A DNA stretch of 60,709 nucleotides from Planctomycetota bacterium (GTDB taxonomy: Bacteria; Planctomycetota; SZUA-567; H5-PLA8): assembly GCA_045863855.1 (NCBI GenBank), contig BTVV01000029.1, positions 1-60,709 of the forward strand. The letters run 5' to 3'. A program made the translations under genes and the position numbers. Below the pieces are notes generated by a model. It did not search any database. It saw nothing but the letters and a program-made list of their open reading frames with translations, and had not been told where the DNA came from. Below are positions 22,099 through 30,389 of this stretch, one piece after another. The first letter of the stretch is position 1; every line of letters begins with the position of its first letter.

Positions 22099-22476
22099 TT
22101 AGCCCGCCTTCGGGCGCTTGGTGCCGTACTTCGAACGACTCTGCTTGCGGTCCTGCACGCCCTGGCAGTCGTAGACGCCGCGGACGATGTGGTAGCGCAC
22201 GCCGGGCAAGTCGCGCACACGGCCGCCGCGCACCAGAACGATGGAGTGTTCCTGCAGATTGTGGCCTTCGCCGGGAATGTAGACCGTCACTTCCTTCCCG
22301 TTGCTCAGCCGCACGCGCGCGATCTTCCGCAGCGCCGAGTTCGGCTTCTTGGGCGTCATCGTGCGGACCGCGAGGCAAACGCCCTTCTTAAAGGGATTCG
22401 ACTCCAGCACCGGGCTCTTCGACTTCGTGCGCTGAACCCTGCGCGCCGAGCGCACCAGTTGATTGATCGTTGGCAT
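22099..22476 (-). CDS. rpsL: 30S ribosomal protein S12
   Basis: MPTINQLVR...[11 protein letters not shown]...[13 protein letters not shown]...RDLPGVRYH...[10 protein letters not shown]. Confidence 0.98.
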   Translation of the reverse strand: MPTINQLVRSARRVQRTKSKSPVLESNPFKKGVCLAVRTMTPKKPNSALRKIARVRLSNGKEVTVYIPGEGHNLQEHSIVLVRGGRVRDLPGVRYHIVRGVYDCQGVQDRKQSRSKYGTKRPKAG

Positions 22477-22862
22477 GTATTGCTTCCAGGAAAAAAGGCT
22501 CCCACGTCCCGCACCGGGACGCTCGTAAGGCCACCGACGCGTTAGACGCTGCACCGGTGAAGGGGCATTTCATACCTCAATCGGCAACCAGTTCAAGTCT
22601 ATATTGCAAGGCGTTCCGCCGCTGTTGCACAGGTGGGTGAAACAGAAGCGAAAGAAGATGCTGGCCATGGCATCGCCATTGCCGATGAGTAGATACGCAG
22701 AGCGTTCCGCTTGGCGTTTAAGCGGAAGGGTTGCACTATGCGTCGTTGCACGGCGCAGGTGTGCTACTTGCGGAGCGAACTGCGGCAGTATAGCGTTGCC
22801 GTTTGTGACAAAGCATGCACATAGTGTAATGTGTCTGCGGCAAACGGCGAGGGGTTGAATTC

Positions 22863-23228
22863 GTGAACGATCCGAAACCGCGTCCTGGCTCTGGGCGATC
22901 CGCGAATCGTAGGCACTTGTGCCGGTTCGTGGATGGCCGGATGGAAGTGCAGGGCGTCATCTTGCGCATGGACCTGGGACTGTTCTGCCGGACGATGGAT
23001 GAAATGGCTACCTGTCCGCAAAAGCGGGTGGTCTTCGATTTCACCCGCTGCCCGTATCTCAGTTCCCTGTTCATCGGCCATCTGGTGGATGGCGTGATAC
23101 GCGCCCGCGAGAGCGGTAAGGACGTCGAGATTCTGCTGAGTCCCGAGCTGGGTAAGTTCTTCGACGGGGCGCAGCTTTTCCACCTGCTGACGTATCAGGT
23201 GGTCGACGCGCCGGGTGCGCCTGCGTAA
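22863..23228 (+). CDS. STAS-domain protein (anti-sigma-factor antagonist-like)
   Basis: VVFDFTRCPYLSSLFIGHL; GAGGGG upstream of the GTG start. Confidence 0.65.
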   Translation: MNDPKPRPGSGRSANRRHLCRFVDGRMEVQGVILRMDLGLFCRTMDEMATCPQKRVVFDFTRCPYLSSLFIGHLVDGVIRARESGKDVEILLSPELGKFFDGAQLFHLLTYQVVDAPGAPA

Positions 23229-23265
23229 GCGGTGCGATACGGGCGCAGGCGAACGGGGGCGGGCG

Positions 23266-24225
23266 TTGAACGAACCGGCCAAGGCGCTCCGGCCTTCCGA
23301 ATCGTCCGCGGCGCTGGCCGCGGTGCTGGCCCGTACGCTGCCGCGCCTGGCGCAGTTGGCGGGATCTCGTGAAGTGCCCGTGCCGACGGCGGATGCTCAA
23401 GCGCTGGGCGAACAGCTCGATACGCTTCTCGCGCGCTGCGAACGCCGCTACATGATCGTTCCCGATGCCGGCCCTGTCACCGCCACCGGCCGCTTCGAGG
23501 GCTTGAAGGCGCGTTTCCTGCGCAGCGTTTCCCATGAATTGCGCACGCCGCTGGCCTCCATCGAAGGCTTCGCGATGGCGCTTTTGCGCGACGTCGAGGG
23601 CGGGGCGGGCGAGATGCCGGCCGAGATGCGCCAGCGCTTCATCGAGATCATTTACAAAGAGTCGCGCCGGCTCAGCGAGCTGATCGAGGACGTGCTGGAT
23701 CTGAACGAGATCGAAGAAAATCCGCTCAACGAGGACCGGCAGGCGCTTCCGGCGGAGGCGCTTTTTGCCGCGGTGCGAGCGACCTTCGGAAAACGCCACG
23801 GCACGGAAGCCGCCCAGCACATCCAGGTGGTGCTGCGTCCCGCCGCGCCGGGGCCGCAGGTGTTCGCCAACGAAGAAGCACTGAAGGATATCCTGCGGCA
23901 TCTGCTGGACAACGCGGCGAAGTTCGGAGGCGGAAAGCCGATCGAACTGGGTGCGGAGGCGTTGCCCGGAAGCGGCGCCGCTCCGCAGACGCGGTTGTGG
24001 GTGCGCGACCAAGGTCCGGGCATTCCGGCGCAGGAACACGTCCGCATCTTCAACAAGTTTTACCGCCTCGACAGCGACGTCCACACGCTGCCCGGCACCG
24101 GGCTGGGTCTGGCGATCGTCAAGACACTGGCCGAACAGAACGACGGCCGCGTGCGCGTCGAATCGAGCCCCGGGCAGGGCGCCACGTTCAGCCTCGAATT
24201 TCCCAGCGGACCACCGGTCAAGTAA
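23266..24225 (+). CDS. Soluble histidine kinase (HisKA + HATPase_c) with no recognisable sensor domain
   Basis: VSHELRTPL, LLDNAAKF, VRDQGPGIP, IFNKFYR, GTGLGLAIVK; start uncertain (23215 or TTG 23266). Confidence 0.9.
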   Translation: MNEPAKALRPSESSAALAAVLARTLPRLAQLAGSREVPVPTADAQALGEQLDTLLARCERRYMIVPDAGPVTATGRFEGLKARFLRSVSHELRTPLASIEGFAMALLRDVEGGAGEMPAEMRQRFIEIIYKESRRLSELIEDVLDLNEIEENPLNEDRQALPAEALFAAVRATFGKRHGTEAAQHIQVVLRPAAPGPQVFANEEALKDILRHLLDNAAKFGGGKPIELGAEALPGSGAAPQTRLWVRDQGPGIPAQEHVRIFNKFYRLDSDVHTLPGTGLGLAIVKTLAEQNDGRVRVESSPGQGATFSLEFPSGPPVK

Positions 24226-24303
24226 GCGCGGCCGATTTTTCCCGTCATTTTAAAAGAGATCGTGCGATTCCCCCATTTCCATGCCGGAAACGGAGAGATC
24301 GCA

Positions 24304-25260
24304 TTGAACGCTGGCCTGTTCTTCCGACGATCGCACCCTACGGCGCTTCGCCGGAGCCGCGAAACCGACAGGGCGCGGCCGCGGCGGCGCTGGCGGCTCG
24401 CGATCTTCGCCGCCGTCGTGGGCCTGCTGTGGCTCTTTCCCGGCGTGCGCGGAGCGCTGGTCGCGCGCGTGGTCGAGCGCGTGAGTCCCGCCCAGGAAGC
24501 GGACTTGGGCAAGAGCGCATTCGAAGGGATGCGTTCGAAGCTCCGGTTGATCGCGGATCCCGGCATTCGGGCGGAGATCGCGAAGCTTTCCGCGGCCGTG
24601 CAGGCCGGCATCCCGGAGCAGGACCGCAAGTATCCGTTGCGCGTCTACGTATCGGCGGACTCCTCCGCCAACGCGTTTGCGCTGCCGGGCGGTTACGTGG
24701 TGCTGAACGCGGGGCTCTTGCTGGAATCCGAGAACCCGGAGGAGATCGCGGGGGTGCTGGCGCACGAATTCGCCCATGTGACGCGCCGCCACGGCTTGCA
24801 GCGCCTGGTCGAGTCGATGGGTTTGCGCTTGCTCTACTGCGCCTGCTTCGGCGATTCGGACTCCACGTTGGATGAGATCGGCGGCGGCCTGATGCTGATC
24901 GCCGGCGAACTGGAATTCAGCCGGGCGCACGAGCGCGAGGCGGATGCCGTGGCGCTCGAGACGCTGGCTCGCGCGGAGATCGATCCGCGGGGCTTGATGG
25001 CCTTTTTCGCGCGCCACGACCACGACGAGGACGGCGTCCTCAGCGGCGGCGAGATTGCGATGACCTTCCTGAGCAGCCATCCCTCGCACCCCGAACGCAT
25101 CGCGATGATTCGTGAAGCGGTGCAGGAAGAGTGCCCAGCCTACCGCACGCTGGAGGTGGACTGGGCCGCCTTTAAGGTGCGCCTGGCCGGCCTGCCCGAA
25201 CTGGAGGGATCCGGACAGGAACTGGAGCGCGCACCGGTTCCGGAAGCCGGCGGTAACTGA
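24304..25260 (+). CDS. M48 family zinc metallopeptidase
   Basis: NAFALPGG, GVLAHEFAHV, FSRAHEREAD, FLSSHP; N-terminal TM segment; start uncertain (24262 or 24304). Confidence 0.9.
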   Translation: MNAGLFFRRSHPTALRRSRETDRARPRRRWRLAIFAAVVGLLWLFPGVRGALVARVVERVSPAQEADLGKSAFEGMRSKLRLIADPGIRAEIAKLSAAVQAGIPEQDRKYPLRVYVSADSSANAFALPGGYVVLNAGLLLESENPEEIAGVLAHEFAHVTRRHGLQRLVESMGLRLLYCACFGDSDSTLDEIGGGLMLIAGELEFSRAHEREADAVALETLARAEIDPRGLMAFFARHDHDEDGVLSGGEIAMTFLSSHPSHPERIAMIREAVQEECPAYRTLEVDWAAFKVRLAGLPELEGSGQELERAPVPEAGGN

Positions 25261-25383
25261 CCGCCGGACCCGCCGGAACCCGCACTTCCGCGCTCAAGCC
25301 CCGCCGCGATCTGGCCGAAACCATCCCCGTAGCTTCCACTCGTCTTTCTGGCTGGGGGGGAACCCGGCCGGAGCGCGGCAACC

Positions 25384-27156
25384 GTGGCATTTCGTACGGT
25401 CCCCGCTTTATCTCGTGGCTTTCTGCTGGCCGTCTTGGGCGCGGTCTGCGCGTACGGCGCGGACGGTCCCAGCCCCCTTGCGGAATTTGCCCGGCGGCAA
25501 AGCGAGGTCTGCGAGCGCATCGCGCCGGCGGTGGCGGCCATCGAATGCCAGGCCGGACCGCGCCGCGAACGCTACTACGGCGCCGGCGTGCTGGTGGCTC
25601 CCGAAGGCCTGGTCCTGACCGCCGCTACCGTCGTACCTCCGCACGCCGAAGCGATTTCCGTGATCCTGAAAGACGGCCGGCGCTTCCGCGCCGAATGGGC
25701 GGGTTCCGACGCCGCGACCGAGGCGGTAGTCTTGCGTCTCGCCGATCCGGGAGGCGCACCGCTTCCTTTCTTGAAGCCCGGGCGGCCGGAAACGGTCGCC
25801 GTTGGCGCGCGCGTCTACGCGGCGGGCAATCCGCATCGAACGCTGGAGCGCGACGGCGAAGTCTACTTCCGCGCCCTGACGCTCTCCGGACGTTACCGGG
25901 TGGCCAGCGACGACGAACGCAGCCGCTACGCGGGGCCGGCGCTGGAATTGGACCAAGTGGTCAACTTCGGGAGCGACGGCGGCGTGCTGGCCGATGCCGA
26001 CGGACGGCTGCTGGGCCTGCTGAGTCTCGCCTACGCGCGCGAACGCGGCCTGGGTCTGGCGATCCCGCTCGACCGCATCCGCGCGGCGCTGCCGGACGCG
26101 CTCGCACCGATGAAACGCTACGACGCCTTGGACGAACCCGTGCAGGGCGCATCGAACGATCCGAACGCCGCGCTGGAACGCGCGCTGGCCGCGGCTGCGC
26201 AGCGCGCGGAACCTGCGCTGGCGTGCATTCTGCTGCCGGGACGCACGGGGACGCCGGCGCTCCAGGCGCAGGCCGAGCCGGCCGCGCCGCGGCCGGTGAG
26301 CCAGCCGTACGAGATGCCGGCGCCGGCGGCGCGTGGTCCGGGCGAGGACGGCGCGGTGCTGACGGGCGTGCTGGTCGAACCGCGCGGAACGCTGCTGACG
26401 GCGGCGTCCGCGCTGCCCGAAGAGCCCGAACGTTTCGAAGTTCGGCTCTCCGACGGGCGGGTGCGCGCGGCGCGCCGCGCCGGACGGCACCGCGGTCTCG
26501 ATCTGGCGGTGCTTTTGCTGGAGCTTCGGGACGACGAGCCGGTTTCCACGCTGCACTTAAGCGCCGCCGGTCCGCCGGAGGCGGGCCGCTTCGTGGCGGT
26601 TTTGGGCGCGGCCCCCGACGCCGAGTCGCCGCCGACGCGCGTGCGCGGGATCGTCAGCGCTTCGAACCGGATGGAAGGGCAGGCGCTGCAACTCGACGCG
26701 CGCTTGAACCACGGGAACGCCGGGGGCGCGGTGCTGGATCTAAGCGGGCGGCTGGTGGGGATCGTCGCGCACCTGGGTTTGAAAAAGGTCTGGGCGCCGA
26801 ACTCGGGGGTGGGCTTCTGCGCGCCGTCGGAGCGGATCGCGGCCGAACTGGAGGGCTTGCGCGCGGGGCGCGACGTGGCCGCGGCCACGCAGGCTTACCT
26901 AGGTGTTTCGCCCGCGGTGGGCGAGACGCTTTACGAAGGCGTGCGGCTGGCCGGCGTGCAACCGGCTTCGCCGGCCTGGGAAGCGGGGCTGCGCGCGGGG
27001 GATACGATCACGGCGCTGGACGGCGAGAGCGTGCGGAGCTGGCCGTCGCTGGTGGCGCGCTTGAAGCGCTGCGCGCCGGGCGCGGCGGTGGCGGTGCGCT
27101 TCCTGCGCGAGGGGCGGCTGCTGCGCGCGGCGGTGACGATGGGCGCCGCCGAGTGA
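25384..27156 (+). CDS. Secreted protein with two trypsin-like domains and a PDZ domain; both protease domains predicted inactive
   Basis: Signal peptide. Domain 1 has LVLTAATVV and NFGSDGG; domain 2 has LLTAASAL and NHGNAGG; PDZ has YLGV...SPAWEAGLRAGDTI. Confidence 0.8.
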   Translation: MAFRTVPALSRGFLLAVLGAVCAYGADGPSPLAEFARRQSEVCERIAPAVAAIECQAGPRRERYYGAGVLVAPEGLVLTAATVVPPHAEAISVILKDGRRFRAEWAGSDAATEAVVLRLADPGGAPLPFLKPGRPETVAVGARVYAAGNPHRTLERDGEVYFRALTLSGRYRVASDDERSRYAGPALELDQVVNFGSDGGVLADADGRLLGLLSLAYARERGLGLAIPLDRIRAALPDALAPMKRYDALDEPVQGASNDPNAALERALAAAAQRAEPALACILLPGRTGTPALQAQAEPAAPRPVSQPYEMPAPAARGPGEDGAVLTGVLVEPRGTLLTAASALPEEPERFEVRLSDGRVRAARRAGRHRGLDLAVLLLELRDDEPVSTLHLSAAGPPEAGRFVAVLGAAPDAESPPTRVRGIVSASNRMEGQALQLDARLNHGNAGGAVLDLSGRLVGIVAHLGLKKVWAPNSGVGFCAPSERIAAELEGLRAGRDVAAATQAYLGVSPAVGETLYEGVRLAGVQPASPAWEAGLRAGDTITALDGESVRSWPSLVARLKRCAPGAAVAVRFLREGRLLRAAVTMGAAE

Positions 27157-28451
27157 TCCGATCGCGTGTACGGCTCCCGCACCGAACCGTGCTGCTGTTG
27201 CTGTGCGGTCTGGCGCCGTCCGCCGCGCGCGCGCAGGACGATTCGTCCGCCGCGCGGCTGGAGGCGGAGCTGTCCGCTTCGATCCGCCAGGCGCAGGCGG
27301 CCTTTGTCTTCGTCGGCGGCGGTTCGGGCGTCTGCATTTCGGCCAACGGCTACGTTCTGACCAACCACCACGTGGTGGCGCGCAAAGCGGACTGGACAGT
27401 GCGCATCTACGGGCGCGAACGGCTGTACCGCGCGCGCGTGGAAGGCCGCGATCCCGTGGGCGACGTGGCGCTGCTGAAGCTCGAGGACGCTCGCGATCTG
27501 CCGTGGCTTCCGCTGGCCGATCTGTCCCGCGCGCGCGTCGGCGATCCGGTGCTGGCCTTCGGCGATCCGTTCAAACTCGGCGATTTGGACGGCGCACCCA
27601 GCGTAAGCCTTGGCACGTTATGCGCGCGGCACCGCTACCAAGGCGATCCGAACAATCCCTTTCTGGATACCTTTTACGCCGATGCGTTGCAGACCGACGC
27701 GGCGGTGAACCCAGGGAACAGCGGCGGGCCGCTGGTGAGCCTGTCGGGCGAACTGCTGGGCCTGACCGGGCAGATCATGGCGCGCTTCAACGGGCGCGCG
27801 AATTCGGGCGTGGCGTACGCGGTTCCCGCGGATCAATTGGCGCGCTTCCTGCCCAAACTCAAAAATGCCGGAGGCGGCTCGGTGTACCACGGCACGCTGC
27901 CGGCGGGCCTGCGGCTGGTGTTGGAGCCCGATGCTCGCACACCGGGAGGCGCCGTGGTGGAAGCGGTGGAACCCGGCAGCGCCGCGGAAGCCTACGGCAT
28001 TCGCGTGCGGGACCGCATCGAGACGGCGGACGGCGAGCGCGTGGCGACGCCGTGGCGGCTCCTGAGCATGCTCCAATCCCGGCCCGAAGGCACGCGGGTG
28101 GCGCTGGGCATCCGGCGCGGCGAGACGCTTTGGACCTTGAACCTGGCGCTGCCGCGGCTGGAGCCGAGCGCGCCGCCGGGCGAGGCGCGCGCGCTGGGCC
28201 TCAAGATGGAATTGCCCGAGCCGGGCAGTGCGGGGCTGCCGGTGAGCGACGTACGGCCGGGCAGTCCGGCGGCGCGGGCGGGGTTGCGCGCCGGAGACCG
28301 GTTGCATTGGATCGGGAGCTGGCATGCGGTGCGCGACTGGCCGCAGGCGCGGGTCGCGCTGGCGCAGCGTCCGGCCGGGAACCGCCTGACGTTGCGCTTC
28401 GCGCGCGGAAGCGAGACGGACCTGCTGGTCGCCGAGGCTCTGCTTCCGTAA
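27153..28451 (+). CDS. HtrA/DegP-like serine protease with two PDZ domains
   Basis: GTG start overlaps the upstream TGA (GTGA); signal peptide; intact triad in LTNHHVV, GDVALL and AVNPGNSGGPL. Confidence 0.9.
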   Translation: MIRSRVRLPHRTVLLLLCGLAPSAARAQDDSSAARLEAELSASIRQAQAAFVFVGGGSGVCISANGYVLTNHHVVARKADWTVRIYGRERLYRARVEGRDPVGDVALLKLEDARDLPWLPLADLSRARVGDPVLAFGDPFKLGDLDGAPSVSLGTLCARHRYQGDPNNPFLDTFYADALQTDAAVNPGNSGGPLVSLSGELLGLTGQIMARFNGRANSGVAYAVPADQLARFLPKLKNAGGGSVYHGTLPAGLRLVLEPDARTPGGAVVEAVEPGSAAEAYGIRVRDRIETADGERVATPWRLLSMLQSRPEGTRVALGIRRGETLWTLNLALPRLEPSAPPGEARALGLKMELPEPGSAGLPVSDVRPGSPAARAGLRAGDRLHWIGSWHAVRDWPQARVALAQRPAGNRLTLRFARGSETDLLVAEALLP

Positions 28452-28558
28452 ACGGCCGTAACGCGTTTGCCCGGTATTCTTGAATCCCCGGCGCAAGCGG
28501 GTATAGAGAGACGCGAGCGGACCGGTTCGAGCAGGCCGGCCGCCGGTGGAGAGCGACC

Positions 28559-29068
28559 TTGGCTACCGTTCCGGCCGAAACATCGGGGAATACCTCCGAT
28601 TTCGATACGCTGATCAAGGAACTGAACCACCGCATTTGGGAAGTGCGCCGCGACGCCTGCGAAGAGCTGGGCTTGCGCGCCGATACGCGCGCGGTGCCGC
28701 ACCTGCAGCGCATGCTCAACGACGGAGTGGGGGCCGTGCGCTACGCGGCCGTCGAGTCGCTGGGCAAGCTGGGCGACCGCAGTTCCATTCCGGCGCTGCT
28801 CAAGCTCCTCAGCAACACCCATTTCGGTTCTTACGGTCCGGTGATCGAAAGTCTGGCGAACCTGAAGGCGCGCGAAGCCGTCCCGTCCTTCATCGCTTTG
28901 CTGCGCGATCCCGACGCTCGCGTTCGCGGCCTGGCCGCCAACGCGCTGATGGTCATGACCCGGCAAGTGATCGCCTTCAAGGCCAAAGGCACCGAGGAAG
29001 AGCGCGAACAGGGCATCCAGCTCTGGGAGCAATGGTGGGCGAAAAACAAGGACGCCTGGACGCCGTAG
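28559..29068 (+). CDS. HEAT-repeat (PBS lyase-like) protein
   Basis: VRRDACEELG, VRYAAVESLGKLGD, LRDPDARVRGLAANAL, C-terminal WEQWW. Confidence 0.82.
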   Translation: MATVPAETSGNTSDFDTLIKELNHRIWEVRRDACEELGLRADTRAVPHLQRMLNDGVGAVRYAAVESLGKLGDRSSIPALLKLLSNTHFGSYGPVIESLANLKAREAVPSFIALLRDPDARVRGLAANALMVMTRQVIAFKAKGTEEEREQGIQLWEQWWAKNKDAWTP

Positions 29069-29125
29069 CCGCGGTCCGGGCCGGACGGCCGATCCCGCTG
29101 TCGCGCAGCGCTTCGTTTTAAATGC

Positions 29126-29153
29126 ACACGGCCCGGAGGCATCCGGGCCGTGT
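29126..29153. terminator. Hairpin between convergent genes
   Basis: ACACGGCCCGGA-GGCA-TCCGGGCCGTGT. Confidence 0.6.
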
Positions 29154-29178
29154 CGCTTCCCTCGAGTATCGCCAAGCC

Positions 29179-30294
29179 TTACAGGCCGGGAACGATCGCT
29201 TTCGCGGGATCCCCGGCGTCGCTGGCTTTGTTGGGGCCGGATTCGCTGGCGCGGGAGCCGTCGGTGAAGTCGACGTTGACCATGGCTTTGATGGCCTTGG
29301 CGGCACGGTTGTTGTTGTCCATGTCGGTGATGGCGACCAGTTGGAGGCTCTGCCCGCCCAAGACCTGGTGCGATTCGGCGGTCAAGCCGCAGCCGTCGGG
29401 CTGGGTGAGCGGGTCGGCGGCGTTGGGGTCCATCTTGGCGTACTCGAAGATCCCGTGCGCTTCGCTCAGATCGCCGTTGCCGCCGTCTTTCAGCATCGCG
29501 GTGATGCGGCCGATGCGTTTGCCGGCTTCGCCCTTGTTGTAAAGCTGAAAGTAGACGAAGACGAACTTGTCCTTCACGCGAATGCGGTCCACCGAGATCG
29601 GCGGCGCTTTGTCGCCCCAATCGCGGAACGGCCCGTCGGATTTCGGTTTTGCCTTCGGCTTATCGCCCTCTTCGCCTTCCGCTCCGCCGCCCGCGGCCGC
29701 AACGCCCGGAGCGTCTTCGGCATCGGCTGCGTCTTCGGTCTTGGCGTCTTTCTTGACCATCAGCGCGGCCATCGCCTTCTGCTGCTCTTCGGCCTTCTTG
29801 CGTTCGGCTTCTTTCTTCTCTCGTTCGGCGACCAACGGATCGACCGCCGCCGCCACGGCCGTGGTCTTGATGCCTTCTTTCTTGCGCAGTTCGGCCAGAC
29901 GCTTCTCTTCTTCTTCCTTGCGCTTGGCTTCTTCCTTGATCGCCTTCTGCTTCTCCTTCTCGATCTCCATCTTCGAGAGTTCCTGGGCGATGCGCGTCTC
30001 CAGGTCCTCCAGCGCCGGTTTTTCGCGCTGGAGCGCCTTGCGACGGCCCTGCTGCGCGGATTCCAGCCCTTCCCGCAGCGCCGCCAGCGCCGTATCGAAG
30101 TCGCCCTGCGAACGCCACGTCTGAGCGCGCGTGAGGGACTCTTCGGCCGCCGCGATTTCCTTTTTCGCCCCCGGCTTTGCAGGCGCTCCGCCGCCGCCCC
30201 CGCCGCAACCGCCCAAGCCTAAGATCGTGCACGTGAGCAGTGAAAGAGCCGCGCCGCGCTTCCAAGCTTTTCGATGGTCAAGGTTTACGCTCAT
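29179..30294 (-). CDS. Putative lipoprotein with Lys/Glu-rich coiled coil and C-terminal beta-rich domain
   Basis: GGAGG before MSVNLD; lipobox-like LGGC followed by a Gly run; KE-rich helix. Confidence 0.7.
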   Translation of the reverse strand: MSVNLDHRKAWKRGAALSLLTCTILGLGGCGGGGGGAPAKPGAKKEIAAAEESLTRAQTWRSQGDFDTALAALREGLESAQQGRRKALQREKPALEDLETRIAQELSKMEIEKEKQKAIKEEAKRKEEEEKRLAELRKKEGIKTTAVAAAVDPLVAEREKKEAERKKAEEQQKAMAALMVKKDAKTEDAADAEDAPGVAAAGGGAEGEEGDKPKAKPKSDGPFRDWGDKAPPISVDRIRVKDKFVFVYFQLYNKGEAGKRIGRITAMLKDGGNGDLSEAHGIFEYAKMDPNAADPLTQPDGCGLTAESHQVLGGQSLQLVAITDMDNNNRAAKAIKAMVNVDFTDGSRASESGPNKASDAGDPAKAIVPGL

Positions 30295-30389
30295 GATGAA
30301 CCTCCAAGACAGAGTGCGAACAAAACCCGAATGCGAGAACACAGAACATCTTACGCTGAGTTTAACGGGCGGCGCGGGCCTTCCGTTCA

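Noticed and set aside
25545..27152. N-terminal part of the 968-aa ORF 25545-28451
   Set aside because: It is an Arg-rich off-frame overlap of the real gene 25384-27156. The protease starts at GTG 27153 with its own signal peptide, so no frameshift fusion is needed.
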